Of a stretch of DNA of 64,000 bases, positions 63,429 to 64,000 are shown piece after piece. This DNA is from Zootoca vivipara. Taxonomy: Eukaryota. Each line of letters opens with the position of its first letter. The stretch's first letter is position 1. The notes beneath the pieces are model-generated. The model was not told the DNA's origin. It ran no database searches and was given only the letters and a program-made list of their open reading frames with translations. The stretch is taken from NCBI RefSeq assembly GCF_963506605.1, contig NC_083281.1, positions 42,966,001 through 43,030,000 of the forward strand, read 5' to 3'. The position numbers and the translations under genes are program-made.

Positions 63429-64000
63429 CTGCCCAAATGAAACACACAGGGGAGGAGGCAAACACAAATGAAAGGGAATCCGTAACCCTAACCCTGCCCT
63501 TCTTAAAATATAATTCCTGCTAATGGTACCTTTTGCACAGATCGTCCCCTGTATGGTTCCACACAAACACTCAGACCAGTTAACAAACATAGACTTTAAT
63601 AGTCTTTAAAATTAAGGACAGAATAACTGTCTATGAAAGCCAAGTGAAGGAAGAAAACAGCAAGCTATTGATTTTAAAAGAATATCACACATTTTTAAGC
63701 TGTTAGATTTGGGTACAGGAAGAGAACATCCCACACTCCTGCAAACCAAAACAGCCACATAAATAAAGGGCCACTCTAGGACCTACACTGAGTTGCCCTG
63801 GATCCAAAGACCCATGGAACTAGTTCTGAGCACTAAGGGGGCACTGGTCTTGCATTTCTTGTGAACCCCTTCCCTTCATGCCATAAGGCAAAGGCTTCCA
63901 AAGGCATTCGTCATGTATAGTAGGGATTCTGCCCCTCAAAGAAAATGGTAAAAGTTTCCTTGGGCACAGCTTAAGGAACTGGGCATCTCAACATTTGCAA

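Overview
Eukaryotic genomic DNA from a vertebrate, most likely a squamate lizard (Sauria SINEs, CR1/RTE LINE fragments, squamate tRNA-SINEs and MITEs). All genes lie on the minus strand in the conserved STK40-LSM10-OSCP1 order. STK40 is complete: a non-coding exon 1 in a CpG island near 38 kb, 10 coding exons at 24750-14624 (433 aa) and a ~3 kb 3'UTR. LSM10 has a single coding exon (123 aa). OSCP1 has 10 coding exons plus a 30-nt cassette microexon (390/400 aa). The last two coding exons of a PLAC8/cornifelin-family gene lie just upstream of OSCP1, where I recall human having MRPS15 as the next gene. The first ~10 kb has no recognisable coding exon and is probably the 5' region of EVA1B (synteny inference only). 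Most notable observations: (1) a young Penelope-like insertion (13-bp TSD, perfect 80-bp inverted repeat) carrying a minimal hammerhead ribozyme motif about 30 bp from the STK40 promoter CRE; (2) the cornifelin-like paralogue; (3) a tailless 27-nt U6 retrocopy with a 15-bp TSD inside a CR1; (4) uORFs and an in-frame upstream ATG in STK40 exon 1. Coordinates were read by eye; comparisons with human genes are from memory, not from a database search.
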